A stretch of DNA of 46,791 bases, from positions 3,400-50,190 of the forward strand of contig CBFIJD010000022.1 of the NCBI GenBank assembly GCA_965662845.1, written 5' to 3'. Each line of letters starts with the position of its first letter. The stretch's first letter is position 1. The stretch comes from an uncultured bacterium. Its GTDB lineage: Bacteria; SAR324; NAC60-12. Below the pieces are notes generated by a model. The model was not told where the DNA came from and did not search any database. It saw only the letters and a list, made by a program, of their open reading frames with translations. A program made the position numbers and the translations under genes. Below, piece after piece: positions 46,076 through 46,791 of the stretch.

Positions 46076-46433
46076 GACGTATACCGATCTATCCGTTCTC
46101 GGTATCGCCGCGGGGGCTCCTCGCGGAGAGATGACTTTTGCTCGCGTAGAGGCCTTTCATCAGGAATATTGGAACATCCTGCCCTTGGCAAACTTCGAGT
46201 GGATGCACAATGGGGTGTTTTACGAATTATTGACAGCCGATGTGCCGTATGATCTCTTCAAGGAGATGATGGAGCTGTATCGTGACTTACGCTTCCTCGC
46301 TCGCTATCACCGAGGCTCCGAGTTTGCGGGCTGGATGTCCGTGAGCGGCTCCGACCACTACACAGAGAAGTTCCAAGTGCGGGACTTTGTGAAGCACCAC
46401 TTGCCACATCGCCAAACACACGCTGCCAAATGA
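46065..46433 (+). CDS. Hypothetical protein
   Basis: 122-aa ORF overlapping the obgE stop and the ccmH start (ATGA coupling). Confidence 0.65.
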   Translation: MRAETYTDLSVLGIAAGAPRGEMTFARVEAFHQEYWNILPLANFEWMHNGVFYELLTADVPYDLFKEMMELYRDLRFLARYHRGSEFAGWMSVSGSDHYTEKFQVRDFVKHHLPHRQTHAAK

Positions 46434-46791
46434 AACCATTTCTCCTCGCTAGCGCCCTCCTCCTTCACTGCGCTCTCCCTCTTTTCGCCGAAACTCCGAC
46501 CGTCAGCGAACAACGCGTCCACGAAATTGCCGAGACCCTACGCTGCCCAACCTGCCAGGGCTTGAGCGTCAACGACTCCGAAGCAGGCTTCTCCGTACAG
46601 ATTCGCAACAAGGTGCGCGAACTTTTGGGACAAGGCAAAAGCGAAAGTGAGATCCAAACGTACTTCGTAGAACGTTACGGGGAGTGGATTTTGCGGACGC
46701 CTCCAGCCGAAGGCATCAACTTACTCATCTGGATTCTGCCCGCCATCGGCCTCGCCGGAGGGATGTGGTTTGTGTGGAATAAGTCCCGCCA
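46430..46791 (+). CDS. ccmH: Cytochrome c biogenesis protein CcmH/CycL (partial, runs off the window)
   Basis: Hand translation: MKPFLLASALLLHCALPLFAE...IAETLRCPTCQGLSVNDSEA...YFVERYGEWILRTPP...LIWILP; the LRCxxCQ motif is present; not in the ORF track. Confidence 0.9.
   Translation, partial: MKPFLLASALLLHCALPLFAETPTVSEQRVHEIAETLRCPTCQGLSVNDSEAGFSVQIRNKVRELLGQGKSESEIQTYFVERYGEWILRTPPAEGINLLIWILPAIGLAGGMWFVWNKSR

Noticed and set aside
1..46791. Prophage, IS, integrase, tRNA/rRNA or cas/defence genes
   Set aside because: No supporting motifs were seen in any frame.

Overview
A 46.8-kb bacterial chromosomal segment. Gene content and style suggest a deltaproteobacterium-like organism such as SAR324, but that assignment is tentative. 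From left to right: (1) an AT-richer glycosylation pair, namely a polytopic GT-C-like membrane protein that runs off the left edge and is missing from the ORF track, plus a divergent DPM1/GtrB-like GT2; (2) a minus-strand chemosensory cluster cheR-cheD-X1-X2-cheY-cheA-mcp-STAS-cheW, with no cheB and two degenerate MCP-like coiled-coil proteins; (3) a LysR regulator divergent from NmrA-hemerythrin-pirin genes, with a 28-bp direct repeat of 61-bp period between nmrA and the hemerythrin gene; (4) a three-gene module of two PNPOx-like split-barrel proteins and a GAF-class III adenylate cyclase-TPR protein, which is the best candidate for an undescribed sensory system; (5) an aminotransferase, mtnN, an unannotated 50-aa lipoprotein, a pseudo-receiver-PilZ protein, a bacterial cereblon (CULT) protein, an RNase II/R family protein and panB; (6) rpsB-tsf-pyrH-frr-mraY-fabG-acpP-fabF; (7) DUF58 and a TPP-riboswitch-controlled thiB-thiP without thiQ; (8) malate synthase A, DsbA, apaG, an obgE split by a one-base frameshift, and a partial ccmH at the right edge. 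I saw no rRNA, tRNA, transposase, integrase or cas genes. All family assignments come from motif recognition by eye; no searches were run.
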